The notes: generated from the letters alone by a model not told the origin. A stretch of 64,000 nucleotides of DNA from Magallana gigas (GCF_963853765.1 NC_088857.1:42532001-42596000), one strand, 5' to 3'. Positions 49,001 through 62,943 are shown, counted from the first letter of the stretch. Translations and numbers: made by a program.

Positions 49001-52000
49001 TTGACCTAAAGAAATGAGGCACTTTTACAGGTACTATGGAGGAAATGTATTCATTGACAAAGTCGAAAGTCTGTGTCAGACGAGAGCTTTGGAGGCCTTC
49101 CGCCTAGACCCTCATCAGTGGGGGGTGAATGTACAGCCATACTCTGGTAGTCCTGCTAACTTTGAGGCTTTTACTGCCTTACTGAAGCCACACGACAGAA
49201 TTATGGGCCTTGATCTACCAGATGGTGGACAGTGAGTATTGCTGATCATAATGAATTCACTTTTTCATGGTATATGTAATACTGAAAATTTAGCTTTCAC
49301 ATTGAGATACATGTATTTAGTATTTGAACTTGATTTAAAGGGACATGGTCACGATTTTGGTCAAAAATTATTTCCTCAATCTTAATGTTTACAATGCTTC
49401 ACTAAGGCATTTTTAATTGTCATTTCAAATTTGAGTGTCATTCCTTGATTAAAAGCGAGTTACAGAACTTACAATTCTTTGCTATGTAAACAAAGCTTTT
49501 GTTTACGTTTTGAATGTTGAAGTAAAAATTCCAGTTGTAGACCTAAAATGAATGCGTTAAATGTTAGGAACTGTTTATTCATGCTTAAAATGAATAAGCA
49601 TACAGACAAATCAACTTGAAAACGATTTTTGACTGGTATATTGAACATATGTAAACAAAAACAGGACACGAGCCTTGTTTACATCAATTACATGACAAAA
49701 ATTTATGAGCCCTGCATCTTGCTCATAACTCTACAACTGGCCCTCAGATTTGACTTGGTCACTAGAAATGCATTCCTGAAGCATTATAAATAATAAAAAC
49801 AGAAAAATAGAATTTGACTAAAATCGTGACCATGCCCCTTTAAGATTCGGTTAAAACAAGGTTATACATGTATTGGCAGTGTTCATGTTATTGATGGTCA
49901 TTTGAAGCTGTACTATATATTCCATTCTTGGCTGGTGTTACATATAGAAAAATTCATGTACATACAATGAAATAATAAAAACATATTGTTTTTGCTTTGG
50001 TTTTCAGTTTAACTCATGGATTTATGACTGATACCAGGAGGATCTCAGCTACTTCAGTGTTTTTTGAATCCATGCCATACAGAATAGATGTATGAAAATG
50101 CTAAGAGTAAAATTAGATAGAAAAATAGAATTCTACATGATTACATCTGCAGTTTTAAATTTTTGTTGATGAGAAGTGGTATGAAATTGGATCTTTGATT
50201 AGATACTGAATGTTAACATATATTAAACATTTATTTGAGTAAACAATATTCTTAGATAGCTTATTCATGAAGCATTTTTATTCCTTTAGCCCAAGACAGG
50301 GTACATTGATTACGACAAACTCAGGGAATCTGCTCGTCTTTTCCGTCCAAAGCTGATCATTGCAGGAACCACAGCCTACTCTCGCCTTCTGGATTACAAA
50401 GCTTATAGAGAGGTACTGATGTCTAAGGGAAATTCTTCGTCATAAAATGTTGTGTACTCTGTACCATTTAACCAACATATTCCCCATTGCTATCCTACTA
50501 TGATTCAATGAATGCTCTCTATATTAAGTCTCGTGCCAGAAGATCTTGGTTAACATTGATGGCGTGTGTTCTTTCTGTTTGTGACAGATCTGTGATGAGG
50601 TGAATGCCTACATGCTGGCTGACATGGCCCATATTTCAGGACTGGTGGCAGCTGATGTTATTCCTGGTCCATTTGAACATGCTGATGTTGTTACCTCCAC
50701 TACCCACAAAACACTGAGGGGACCCAGGTAAAGCATTCAGTCCAAGCATCAGAGGAGAGAGCTTTATACTTTGTCTGGTTATCTTAAATGTCTTCGAATT
50801 TAAAGATCCTTGAACTAAGGATTACGTAACATAATCCTTAGTTCAGAGGCTGCAGATGGAGAGTTGGACATACATATGTTTATCCATTTCTCCATCTGCA
50901 AACTTTACCATATATTATAGTTTGCTGCTGAAATGAAAATTTTATAGGAGAAATGTAAATTGGTTTAATTGTATTATTTCTTTAGATCTGGGATGATATT
51001 CTACCGTAAAGGCAAAAAAGGAGTGGACAAAAAAGGAAATGATGTCATGTATGACCTGGAAAAGAAGATAAACAACGCTGTGTTTCCTGCCCTACAGGGG
51101 GGACCTCATCAGCACCAGATCGGGGCTCTAGCAGTCGCCCTCAAACAGGTGATGACTTCTGTTGGGAAATGTTAGTCAGTCTCACAAAACAGAATTTTTA
51201 GAATTGATAGTAAATGATTTGATAAGCAGGGACAGATTACGGTATCTGATTGCTCTTCAAAGTTTTTTAATTGTGAAAAAAGTGCAATGTTGTAGACAGT
51301 GTTCTTTACTGTAATGCACAGCTTAAATTATGTACTTAATAATATTTCTTTATCAAATAAAAGGTGGTAACCAATATTAAGCTTGTCAAACTTATGCAGG
51401 AAATGTGTACCTGGTATGTTTGTGTTTATTTTATGGTTTTCTTTTAGGCCAAATCTCCAGAGTTCAAAGAGTATCAGCTGCAGGTGATCAAAAATGCCAA
51501 AGTCATGGCAAAAGTCTTATTGGATAAAGGATATAGTGTAGTTTCTGGTAAGTCATATCAAGTAGTGTTTTATATTGCTTAATGGGACATACAAACAGCC
51601 TGATGTTTTAAAGTACTGGTACTTTCTCACAATAAAGCTGACTGATTTTTCAGGGGGTACTGATAATCATCTTGTGTTGGTGGATCTGAAATCCAAGGGA
51701 ACGGATGGAGCTAGAGTGGAGCGGATTCTGGAGCTGTGTGAGATTTCTGTCAACAAGAACACCTGTGCTGGAGACAAAAGTCCCATGACTCCCGGAGGAC
51801 TCAGAATAGGTACAAATGTACTGTACAATCACCTGGGAAGATAACGTTATAGACTGCCATAACTGTATAATTTCAATTTATTTCATACATGTTCTTTTTT
51901 TAAAATGAAATAAAGCAGTGTCACAATATTGATGGGGATGTTAATTCTTAGGGAATCTTAAATGAAGTCTGGCAATTCCAATGCTTTGTTGCTCACAGAT

Positions 52001-52485
52001 AGAATTATCTGATCATTTGTTTGAGATATACCGTAACATGAATATGATAACCATTTTCTGTACATACATGTATATGGCTCTTGCATTTTGAACATTTGAA
52101 TCTTAGGTGCCCCTGCAATGACTTCCCGTGGAATGAAGGAGAAGGATTTTGAGAAAATCTGTGAATTCCTAGATCGAGGAGTGCAGATAGGAATAAATGC
52201 CAAAAAGTATTCAAGTAAGCTTTCAGTTTGTGAAGTATTTTGTTATTGAATGAAACTAATGAAAAAGTCTCTCATTTGTGATTTTAGATATGACACTTGT
52301 CCTGTTGAACATAGAAATATTAGTTCTTGATCATGTTTGGATTATATTTTTCCACAGAAACTTTGAAAGAGTTCCGCCATGCAGTGATAGAGAATGAGGA
52401 TATTCAGGGCCAGATCAACAAGCTGCGGGGAGAGGTGGAGAGCTTTGCCAGCCAGTTCCCCATGCCAGGACTAGAGGAACGATAA
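46055..52485 (+). CDS. SHMT2: Serine hydroxymethyltransferase, mitochondrial type
   Basis: Exons 46055-46093, 47867-48016, 48828-48907, 49031-49231, 50008-50089, 50290-50412, 50588-50727, 50986-51148, 51448-51547, 51654-51809, 52107-52214, 52358-52485 (489 aa). Motifs: [47 protein letters not shown], the PLP lysine [26 protein letters not shown] and SGGTDNH. The N-terminus is an Arg-rich, acid-poor presequence. Confidence 0.96.
48472..48785. repeat. 24-bp minisatellite, about 13 copies, in SHMT intron 2
   Basis: Unit accatgataaaccagaagtataga repeated head-to-tail with single substitutions and no spacers. Confidence 0.95.
49335..49843. mobile_element. Second copy of the 6430-6930 MITE family, opposite orientation, in a SHMT intron
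   Basis: ttaa|AGGGACATGGTCACGATTTTGGTCAAA ... TTTGACTAAAATCGTGACCATGCCCCT|ttaa. The interior matches the reverse complement of 6430-6930. Confidence 0.85.
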
Positions 52486-53738
52486 CTTCTTGTGTAGATC
52501 TGATTTGTCAAATGAATTGAAAAACAACCCAACATCTAAACATTCTTCAAAATTTTACCAAAGATGTTGATTTTGTTATAATGATGTTTTTAAACAATAA
52601 GAGAAATGATTCATCATTTTCTTAAAATGCAATTTTAAAATCCTTGACATTTGAATGCAAAGAATCTCACAACTGGAATTCTCTTATCAAAAGATCTGTT
52701 TGGATTTCCTTTTAAAAACTTTTGTTTTTGTAATTTTTTTTTCTTTTATTGACAACGCAACTGGTATTTTTTTCCCAAATTTTCATCATATGGATCAGAA
52801 ATTGAGTTGTTGAACAATTCCAAGAGTTAAGATGTGTTTTATTACAGTGAGATGATTTGTTTTTGGTGAATGTTTTTATTTTTTGTGTGAATATTTACAC
52901 CCATACCTGCAATTTTGTGATTCTTAAGGTTAGTTAAAAAGATAATGTTCTTTATTAATAAAATGCATATAGAATATGTAATTTTGAAGTGCTATGTTAT
53001 TCATTGTATTATATTGCAGTGCCAAAATGATGTTAAGATTCACAAGAGGTTAAACATTTTAGACATTGTTGGAAATCTGTGTTAATGAACTGATTTTGAG
53101 CATTTGATGAAAACTTTTCTCTCTTTGATACACACTTAGTATTGTTTATACCGGTAATTAATTTTTAATAATTCATGTATCCTGTACTATCTTTTAAAAG
53201 ACAATAATTAATAAGGAATCTCGGTAAAGTACAAGACCGGGTAACTAATGACTTTACATTGTGTGTATTGGACTTTCAGCAAAACATTGGTGCTTTAGAT
53301 CTGTTCTCAAAGAGGTACTGATTGTACCTTTCAGAGACTGCTCTTAAATTGAAGGAAAATAAAGTTAGTATGTACTAGTTTGTAAGTGATTTTATGTGGA
53401 AAATATTGGGGTTAAAATGTTATACATATATGGGCTGGAGTACTTTAAGACATGAACATCACAACTTTTCCATATTTATCTTTTCCACAATAAATCATAT
53501 GAAAAAGTACTACGTTTCACAGTGTGTTGTGATATACACACATGTATAGTGCAAGTGCATATGTTTCGTATGAATGTATGGTTTCATAAAAAAAAAAACA
53601 TGTCTAAAACTTGCATTTAATCCACCACCTCTTTATTAACTATTCCTTGTGCTCAGGTTGAATTCCTTTTGTCTGTTTGCCAGAATTGCCAAACTTCGTA
53701 ACAATGATGATTTGATTACCCATTTTGTTCACATATGT

Positions 53739-54301
53739 TTAAGGTGGTATGGGACACCTACATATTGTGACATACACTGTACTTCCAATTGAATCAAGCA
53801 TAATTTTATATACCTGTACTTTTTCTTGCCCGAAATTGTTACTTAAAAGCATAGTGCAATGGGTTTAAGTTTTAAGTCTTGATTTCCATTTTTTGGGGTC
53901 AAATATTTTAACCTTTCATAACTGTTAAAGTATTTTAATTATATAAGGAATAAGGAATCATTCTTTGAGTATTATGAGGTGATAATTTTGGTCGAGGCGT
54001 GATCAAATCCAATAAAGCCGGAAGGGCTTTATGATAGATTTGATCACGCCCCGACCGAAATTATCACCTCATAATATTCAAAGAATGATTCCTTATTACT
54101 TATATTTATATAATTTTAGGCCATCGTACGATTAAATTTTTAAATATAAATAAGCAAACCCTGCCATTTGTCATTTGTATTATGGGTTATATAGTACAAA
54201 ATCGATACAAGTAGTACATGTTTAACAGTTATGACAGACAGAGACACTGGATAATGTAAATATAATGTATTAATATCAACAGATGTCCCATACCACCTTA
54301 A
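53739..54301. mobile_element. TTAA-flanked MITE (Kolobok-like) containing an internal palindromic element
   Basis: ttaa|GGTGGTATGGGACACCT ... AGATGTCCCATACCACC|ttaa. Confidence 0.8.
53942..54104. mobile_element. Short near-perfect palindromic MITE nested in 53739-54301
   Basis: tataaggaataaggaatcattctttgagtattatgaggtgataattttggtcgaggcgtgatcaaatc ... gatttgatcacgccccgaccgaaattatcacctcataatattcaaagaatgattccttattacttata. Confidence 0.8.
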
Positions 54302-55579
54302 TATACATGTATATGTGTATTTATTAATTTTGGATTCAACTAAAATTCTTTGCTGCTTTGCTTAGGTGTCATTATCACTAGCAAGTCCTTGGGTTACTTT
54401 TGTCATAATTGTTAGAGAACGTTATAGATAGTAAAATACTTGTAATTTAATGAGGAAAGCTGTACATGTATTACAGTATGACAAGATAAGAGTATAATTC
54501 ATTTAGTAGAACATATAGTCTGACAAAATTTAAATCATCCCCTTCTCTTACTCTGGCCAGACTACTGATGAGAGAAATGAAGAGAGTAAGAAGAATTTGG
54601 GGTGGTTAAATCAAACTGTAGTAAATATACATTTAAATTGCTGGTCACTTATTGATCACTGTAACATCTAGACCAAGCACAGAAACATAACCTGTTCTCT
54701 ATGTACTCGCTTACAATCCCATTTAAAGAGAACAAGGAATTTCCAAATCTCTTCTTTTTTTTTTTAAATTCTGCAGCATTTTTATTCATGAGTTAAAAAA
54801 TCGATTAGTTCTCTTCATGTACACTCTATGAGTAATGTACTAGAAGATGGTGTTAATTTTTTTTCTTGGAGTGGTATGACATGCTTGTATGTATGGGGTC
54901 ATTGGGGTGTGGTTTGAGGGCATCTTTATGTGCAGTTTATTGCCTAAATTTTTCTATTAAAAAGCTTTCCAACTGATTTTATTGCAAGGTTATGAATAAT
55001 TCTGTATATAGCTTACATTGTTTTCAATGATATGTACATGTAGATGGATAATTTAATTTGGTTTTAGACTGTATTTACCAATCCATGTAATTTAAAAGTA
55101 CATGTACATATCTATAGCTTAAATTAACATTTTCAATGAAAGTTGGACAATTGATCAGAATTCATGTTAGAAATACAAGTAAAGCAAATTCTTATTGTCA
55201 AGGGAGAGTCCTTAAAAATTTGTCTATAAATTATTATTTGATGGAGAGGTTGGTATTTTGTTACAATTGGATGGAATTTTATTTCAATTTATAGTCAGTG
55301 AAATCAAAACCATTTACTTGTATAATTGATTTTTTGGAATAAAATTTTGAATGCCCCAAATATTGTTTGGTTTTTTTCTTTAGTAGTTCAAATGCAGCAC
55401 AAATATTCAAGTAAGTTTTTTTCTGATAAGCACTTTCCCTTCATTCATTGTCTTTTAGTTTTTGACCCTTTCCAGAAATTGAAGGCTATTTCACTTGGAA
55501 TTATTGGGTGAAGGACTAATTTCACACCGCTTTCGTATGAGAGATCACCTTTTGTCAAGAAACTTTTTTTTTCATTTTA

Positions 55580-55720
55580 GACTTCTCCAGAACCACTGGC
55601 CCAATTTAAGAAAACTTGCACAAATCATGTTTGGGTAAAGGGTTTTTAAGTTTCTTTAAAAAAAAGAAACGGGCTTCTATTCATAGGGGAGATAATAAGG
55701 GAATGCTGAAAGGTATGGTG
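55580..55720. repeat. Degenerate monomer resembling the ~166-bp oyster satellite/HINE repeat
   Basis: cttctccagaaccactggcccaattt..aacttgcacaaatcat..ggggagataat resembles the recalled Cg170-type monomer. This is recall only, not aligned. Confidence 0.4.
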
Positions 55721-56429
55721 TTATAAAAATCCTATGACGAAAAATCAAATAAAAAACATCTAATAAATATGCATAAGCCATTGTATATAATTTCAAATAA
55801 TGGTCTCTAGGGGTCTGTAATTGGCTCCTTTGGGGTTTAAATTTTGTGACTGAAATGCATTAATATTCTTTCACAATCTACTGATGAACATACAGGTTTG
55901 AGTTTTGTCAAATCATTAAAAGAATATTCTAGATTCCCCCCTCCCCACTACCCCATGACGGTCATAGAATCTAGTCAAGTCTTAGTTTGACTTAGCTTAA
56001 TTAGGAACACTGGTGTAAACATTTTGTATAATGGTATATCAAGTACACCTTTATGGTGTAGTGTAGGGAAGATAGGTATAAAAATGGTGGACAAGGATGC
56101 AGATATTACAAATGACCCTGATGCTTAGCGACGATCTAAGGCTTTTCCCCAATATACCAGTAAATGCAATATAATAAAAACACTTCAAATATAATGGCTC
56201 TCATAAAAAGGAGAATATATATGGGACTTCTAATCCATTACATTACTTATAATCCCTTGTCAAGTTTCTAATCATTACGTTCACCCAACATACTGGTTTC
56301 AGTGTTACACGCAATAACAAATGCCTCGTACTGGTGTAGAAAACTGTACACTCGGTGTACTCCAGAATTGCTACACCACTTCACTTGATATACACAACTG
56401 TGCATAGGAGGCTACAATGGGGCATGCCA

Positions 56430-56869
56430 AACAAAATCTGTGCTCACTAGTAATACCCCTGCTCTGATGTACATATACAAAATAAGCAAAGGTGACATTT
56501 AATAGAAAGTTGACATCCGATTGGTACAAAAATAGATCCAAACATATGGCGTGTCTTAAAAAATAGTGTTTAAAAATTCAAGCATCTGCAATGAATCGTT
56601 GCTTTGACGAAAACTTGTATGAAAATATATGCAAAAAATAAACATTGTCCACATTAATTAAGAAATTGACATCCGATTCCTACAAAACGAGATCCCACCA
56701 TATGGCATGCCTAAACAAAAACTGCGTTAAAATTTCAAGCATCTGCTGAATAGTTGCTGAGAAAAATGCGGCAGATATTTTTGTTACGGACAGACAGATG
56801 GACAAACAGAGAAGGACATCAAGAGGTAAAACAGAACACCCCCCTTTTCCTTCAGAGCAGGGGTATAAA
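56430..56869 (+). mobile_element. Second, unrelated Helentron/HINE-like element with two ~157-bp internal repeats
   Basis: Sub-terminal inverted repeat atacccctgctctga (~56453) / tcagagcaggggtat (~56852). Two monomers start agaaagttgacatccgatt (56504) and agaaattgacatccgatt (56661). A gaca microsatellite and a 3' hairpin accccc..ggggt follow. Confidence 0.7.
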
Positions 56870-57090
56870 TGTATAGTGGTGATGTACATTAATATTGATC
56901 ATCAGCACATTTAACAGAAATGTCCATGATCAGTGGTTTTATTTCTTTAAAAACAAGAACTCTTAAGCTAAAAGAGATGCACTACAAAGTGATATTCTAT
57001 TCTCTTTTTAATTCAAACCTTTACTCTCTACTCTAGATAACATGTTTAAGTATTTATTGGTAACAAAATATGTGAATTAGGTTTAAACAT

Positions 57091-59715
57091 TCAAGAGTCA
57101 TCAACGATAATTTCTTTTTTAACCTCCACTGGAAAGTTTTTTTCTTTGTCTTGTTTCTTCTGACCTTTCTTGTCCTCTTTACTAAACTTCATACTTGGTG
57201 CCTTTGAACCTATGGTATCTTTCATTCCAAACATTTCATCGGAATTGGGAATAGGGGTAATTTTCTCTCCCATGGTTGTCCATATATAACACAGCTCTGG
57301 CTCACGGGAAATAGTTAAGTACGGACCTGTGCGGCATTTGTAATAATCTGATGGAGCATGGCACACAAACTCTATGTATTCCATTCTTCTGGGGAGGTCC
57401 TCTTCAGGACCTGTGGACATGAAACATGACAAATAAAAAGAAAATATAAAACCAGGAAAATCTTGAAAATTCATACCAGTATTTAGGCAGCATAACTTTA
57501 ATAAAATGCATGTGTGTCGAGTGTTATATGTGTAAACTTAAGTAGTCTGGCTTTGACGCAATCATGAAGACAACTTACCCAAAATGTATGTTGAGGGGTC
57601 GAAACCAACTTTTGGACTATTTTGTGTGGGTAGTAACCATGACAAGACTGCACTTTTCTCATTGTATTGATCCTGCATGAATCCTCTGATCTGAGCATAG
57701 TATACTGATCCATCGTGGTCAACTAATGATACAATATCACCTGCCTGATAGTACATTCCCTGGAAAAGAAATCAAATTTAAAGATATAATAAATCTAGAA
57801 TAGGATTATGATTTAAGACTAAGAGGTTAAAAACCACCGAAATAATTTATTCATTAATCTTTCAAACTTACATCATAATAAATGCTCTCTCCAGTTACAA
57901 CTGTGGACACAGCAGTAGGGGCCTTAATTGGTTGCTGGAAAGAAAACAATGTACATATTTTAATCTCATCAAATGTTATTAAGTTTATTTAAATACATGC
58001 GGCATACAGTCTACTAAAAAAAATTTGATAAATAGGCCTAGGTAAAAATAAAATAAAATTAGGGTCTGGTATATTTTAAGTGGGTCAGTTTGCAACTGCA
58101 AACAGTTAATGACCAACAATATTTTATTTGGGCCTTACTTTAAAAGTTAACCAAATGAAATGAATATCAAACATACACATCATCTTATTTACTTATTCAC
58201 AATAGATTTAATGAACAGGTTGGAGCCAATTGCCCAGATGGGATGAAATAGTCTGTTTGGGAATATCCCAAATAAGGATATAAATTTCAACTGGAAACAA
58301 AAGGAAATTTTTCTTTTGCTCAAAATATGGTAAATCCAGTTTAGAATAGATTAAATGTAACAACTTTTAATAAACAACTTTTTTTATGACTATACTATTA
58401 TGGAGATTGATCCCTCAGTATATTCAAAACCTCTTGGGGTCTATAGGAAATCTTGTTAATCAAAGGTTGTTGCTTTGATATACATTAATGCAGATTTATA
58501 TCAAAAGTTACTAAATCAAAGAAATTTATTTTTTGCACTTTAAATTTATATCCCATTTGGGCTATTATATCCTGAACAGGCTACTGCAGATTCCTTATAA
58601 AACGTGAGGAATTAATATCTGCATAAAATTGCCAGAAGCACCTCTTGCAGATTTTAAAATCTCACTTTTATTTTCTGAGAGTTGAGAACTATAAGATAAA
58701 GGTTCAGTGATCAGGATTTTATATTCTTGTAATTTGATACGAAAACAGGGGCGTCGCAGAATAAAGTACTCGCATAAATATGGAATCTAAAGTAATGCAT
58801 CCCTTTTCAGCGATTGGTTCCAACCCTTAATCAGGTTGGGACCAATCTCCCAAATGGGGTATAATAGCCCGTTTGGGATATAATAGCCCAAATGGAATAT
58901 AAATTTAAAGTGCAAAAAATATTTTTCTTTTTTAAATTTTTGATACAAATCCGCATTAATGTGAATCAAATGCAACAACTTTTGGTTAAGAAGTTTTTTT
59001 TTATGTCTATAAGTTATAAGATTGAAGTTTTGGAAATACTGAGGGATCAATCTCCGTAATAGTACAGCTACAGAAAAAGTTGTTTACCAAAAGTTGTTGT
59101 TTCCATCTATTCAGATTTCTAATGCGGATTTATATCAAAAATTTCAAAATCAAAATTTTTTATTTTTTGCACTTTAAATTTATATCTCATTTTGGCTATT
59201 ATATCCCAAACGGGCTTATACCCCATTTGGGAGATTGGTCCCAACCTGTTAATTAGAAGAACCATGCAGTTGCTATCATTTTATTTTTTCCTTCAGATAA
59301 TGGTATGCCTATTGAATTTTGAAGTTGCCACTTTTTAAGGACACATTCCAAAAAACAAACTGTTGTTAAAAAAAAAATAAGGAAAAATATAAAGGATATT
59401 TACACTCTTTTTAAAAACCATCCGTCTGCTTTTTCCCTTAGTTGCCAATGCCTTGGCTGCTGTTATGTACTTGTGTTTCGCTGGCTTAATCCTTGCACTT
59501 TTTCTAAGCACTGGGCCCGCTAGACTATTGCTGCCGTTACTTTTCGTTCGCTCGGGGATGCTTCCATTGCTATCATTACCGTCCTTTTCGCCACCGGGGC
59601 AGCTTTGTTTCAGAAAACATGTATTGCAGATAACATCGCCATTGTTACCTTTCCTCCACATCGTAGAATTTGTGGATTTGCATAATTCACACGTTGGTTT
59701 ATTGCCGAGTGGCAT
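57091..59715 (-). CDS. GATAD1: GATA zinc finger domain-containing protein 1
   Basis: Exons 59715-59404, 57934-57872, 57759-57579, 57410-57091 (291 aa): MPLGNKPTCELCKSTNSTMWRK..CNTC, TKGKSRR.VFKK, PIKAPTAVST, GMYYQAGDIVSLVDHDG..YYAQIRGFMQDQYNEKSAVLSWLLPT..FDPSTYILGPEEDLPRRMEYIEFVCHAPSDYY. Confidence 0.95.
58217..59253. mobile_element. Two adjacent, oppositely oriented copies of a long-TIR MITE in GATAD1 intron 1
   Basis: Younger copy 58832-59248: ttaat|CAGGTTGGGACCAATCTCCC..GGGAGATTGGTCCCAACCTG|ttaat, with TIRs over 100 bp. Older copy about 58217-58826 has its internal segment reversed and its right TIR interrupted. Confidence 0.7.
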
Positions 59716-60406
59716 TTTTACTTTGAATTTGATCCAACTATACCCAAATCAACGTTAAAATATTTTCTACTTGAGAGTTTCAGTGTTTTGCCTCCATTTT
59801 TAGTTTCTTGGTCTTCTTGGTGCTTTTTTGTACGATCTTCATTAAAACCATAAAGCGTGCACACGAGAGAGACTGTTAAGCTAGGACTAATATTTGCCCG
59901 AAAAGGTGCAAAAATTATAATATTTTCCCAAAAGATCAAAAGCAATGCAAGTTTTCAAATGAAGTATATTGCAAATGAATAGTTGGAACAACACATTAAA
60001 AGTTCTAGCGACCTCTTATTTTATGCGGCATATTGTTACATTTACACCAGATGCCCATGGGCTTTTATGTTCACCCGAATCACGTCTCTGAATTTTTATC
60101 AATAAATTGTTTCATGTAAGGGTGATATATTATTTATATACCCTCTATATAATATTATTGTATACTATCTATAAATAAACATATAGAGGGGAACAGTATA
60201 TCATTTAAATGTTTATTGACATAAGGCTCATTGGGGACATAATTCATTTACCTATTTTTTTAACTCCCCTAATTTGGATTTGACATCAGTCATTAGGTTC
60301 TCCAGATATTAATGAACAATGTCATTTTGTCTGAGGTGATTGAATCTTGACAATGTGACTTTAAAATTAATAACTAGGATTTGTATTTTAATTATGTGGT
60401 TACATG

Positions 60407-60760
60407 NNNNNNNNNNNNNNNNNNNNNNNNNNNNNNNNNNNNNNNNNNNNNNNNNNNNNNNNNNNNNNNNNNNNNNNNNNNNNNNNNNNNNNNNNNNNNN
60501 NNNNNNNNNNNNNNNNNNNNNNNNNNNNNNNNNNNNNNNNNNNNNNNNNNNNNNNNNNNNNNNNNNNNNNNNNNNNNNNNNNNNNNNNNNNNNNNNNNNN
60601 NNNNNNNNNNNNNNNNNNNNNNNNNNNNNNNNNNNNNNNNNNNNNNNNNNNNNNNNNNNNNNNNNNNNNNNNNNNNNNNNNNNNNNNNNNNNNNNNNNNN
60701 NNNNNNNNNNNNNNNNNNNNNNNNNNNNNNNNNNNNNNNNNNNNNNNNNNNNNNNNNNNN
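60407..60760. other. Assembly gap (354 N)
   Basis: Run of n. Confidence 1.
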
Positions 60761-61447
60761 ATTTGATAACTATCATGCAAAGGGTTCTCAAAAAGATATT
60801 GAATGGTCAGTATTTAGATTAACGTGCGATATCTAAGGTGATTTGACCTTTGACCACATGACCTGGACATCAGTAAGTGCCCCTTTACTTTTGGGGCACA
60901 AGTATAAGTGTTTTCAAGCAAAGTAATTTCAAGATATTGAGTGGTTAATAATTAGTAATCTACCAGTGAATTTCTAGACCATTTTTACCTTTAACTTTAT
61001 TTTATCCTTTAACTACTAAAAAATCAGACTAAGCAGCTTTAAAAAATATCAAGCAACGTACAAATATATCAATATTTTATCTTAAGGCTGACAATAATAA
61101 ATCAAATGGAAAATTGCAATATCAAAGAAAATTTGACACCAATAATCTGGTGATAAAAAACCCTGATTAAATCAAAATTCTTTATTCATTGAAAACAATA
61201 ACAGCATGGCAATAAATTTGCTATAAAAATTGGAAAATATAATATAGATTGGTTATCTGAAACTTGAAATTACTTGTAAATATTCTATGGAGATTTTTCT
61301 CTTTTTTTTTTATTATTAACTCTATTCAAATATCTATTTCAGGTTCTAGACAGCCCATATAGCAAGCAAAATAAATAAGGCAACGTCATTAAATGGTGTT
61401 GTTAGATAGCTAGACACATTGTTCATAGCTGCCTCTGATTTTTACTT

Positions 61448-62687
61448 TCAATGGTCAACAGTCGGTAATTTTAGACCAACAAGATTTGCACTCTGTTCAA
61501 TAGATCTCTCTGTGGTTTTGTACATCTGAGCAAGTTCCTGAAATTAAATGAAAACAAATGGAATAAACCTCATAGATATCATTATAATTGTGTGTGAACT
61601 TCTTTAATCAAAGTACTGAAGAACTGACGGGAGTTGATTTTGTCAATGTTTATTTATTTTAAAATCAATGATATGTTTTTTTGCATGACAAGTACACGTA
61701 TACGTAGTTTCTAATTTGAATTACACATATTTTTATAATATGAATTTTTGAACTTTTTCGACTAGAATGTCGAGAAACCTCCATATGAATCATGTTAAAT
61801 AATATTTAAAGATAAAATCAATTCAATCAAAGTATGTATCAGTGGTAGAAATATTTCTCGAAAATTGTATGGATCCAAGCAATATTGAACTATGGTCTCG
61901 TTCAACCAAACGCTCGGCTGACACCGTAAATCTCCGACAAGGGTTTACGGAGACAGCCGAGCGTCGAGTTGAACGAGACTATATTGAACTCTGGCGTAGA
62001 AATACATACGACTACAAAAATATTTAAATTGTTCGTACCATTTAAAATCTGACTATTTTTAAGGTATTTGTAAATAAGTTTCCTTGAAAAACAATGCTTT
62101 AGCATACATCACATCGAATTCATCAATTATTTTCAAGAACTAAGTCTTGTCAGGAGCAATGATTTGTGCTGAGGTCCAAACACTGTTTCACTTTCGGTTT
62201 GTCCGAGTGACTGCATAGGAGAGTTGATTAAAAATCAACTCCCAAAAATGTAAAAAAAAAAATATACACTGTGTATCTATTTGGAATTAATAATAATAAG
62301 TGATCTGGTAAAAAAATATATAATCTACAGTCAATGTACATTTGTATTCACAATTTTTTTGTTTGTTTGGTGTTTTGATTGTTCTTCAAATCTGTTACCT
62401 GGTTTTTAAGTTTGCAATTTTTCAAACTGGCATCAAGATATCTGATTCATTAAACCATTGCATTAACAGGAAAGAAATTGATATCTTGATGTCAATAATT
62501 ACCTAGTAAGTCTAGGAGGAATAATGTGACATACCTCAGATTTTCGCAGACTCTCCAGCATACAAAGATAGGTCTGGCCTACCATCATCACTTCATTCTG
62601 TCCTTTGCATAATTTCTGGGTGGTAACTTGATGCTCTCTGAACTGATTTGCAATGTATTGAAATACTGGAGTGTCATACAATTTTTC
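61448..62687 (-). CDS. FMC1: Protein FMC1 homolog (ATP synthase assembly, LYR-like); 5' exon not identified in the window
   Basis: Exons 62687-62535 (EKLYDTPVFQYIANQFREHQVTTQKLCKGQNEVMMVGQTYLCMLESLRKSE) and 61537-61448 (ELAQMYKTTERSIEQSANLVGLKLPTVDH*). These match the FMC1 pattern YRDT..Y..F..H.VT..KLCR..E..A.TYLC.L.S.R..ERS.E.SA.LVGLKLP. Confidence 0.88.
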
Positions 62688-62912
62688 CTATTGAAGAAAA
62701 TGAGATTTTGGTCATACACACATTACATGTATAATATTTTTAGTATAACTAATAACTAAATATTATTTATATCCATATCATTTGCTTTCTACCTCTTATG
62801 GAATTGAAAACAATAATATTATTTAAATTTGTAAATCAAATATAGCTATATATAGGTATATGTGATATAGCCTTGGATATCTTTGAGGTGGCGAGTTGGT
62901 AATCATTGAAAC

Positions 62913-62943
<31 letters not shown>

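Noticed and set aside
60309-60836. Long ORFs containing X runs (also 36228-36557)
   Set aside because: Artefacts of translating N gaps.
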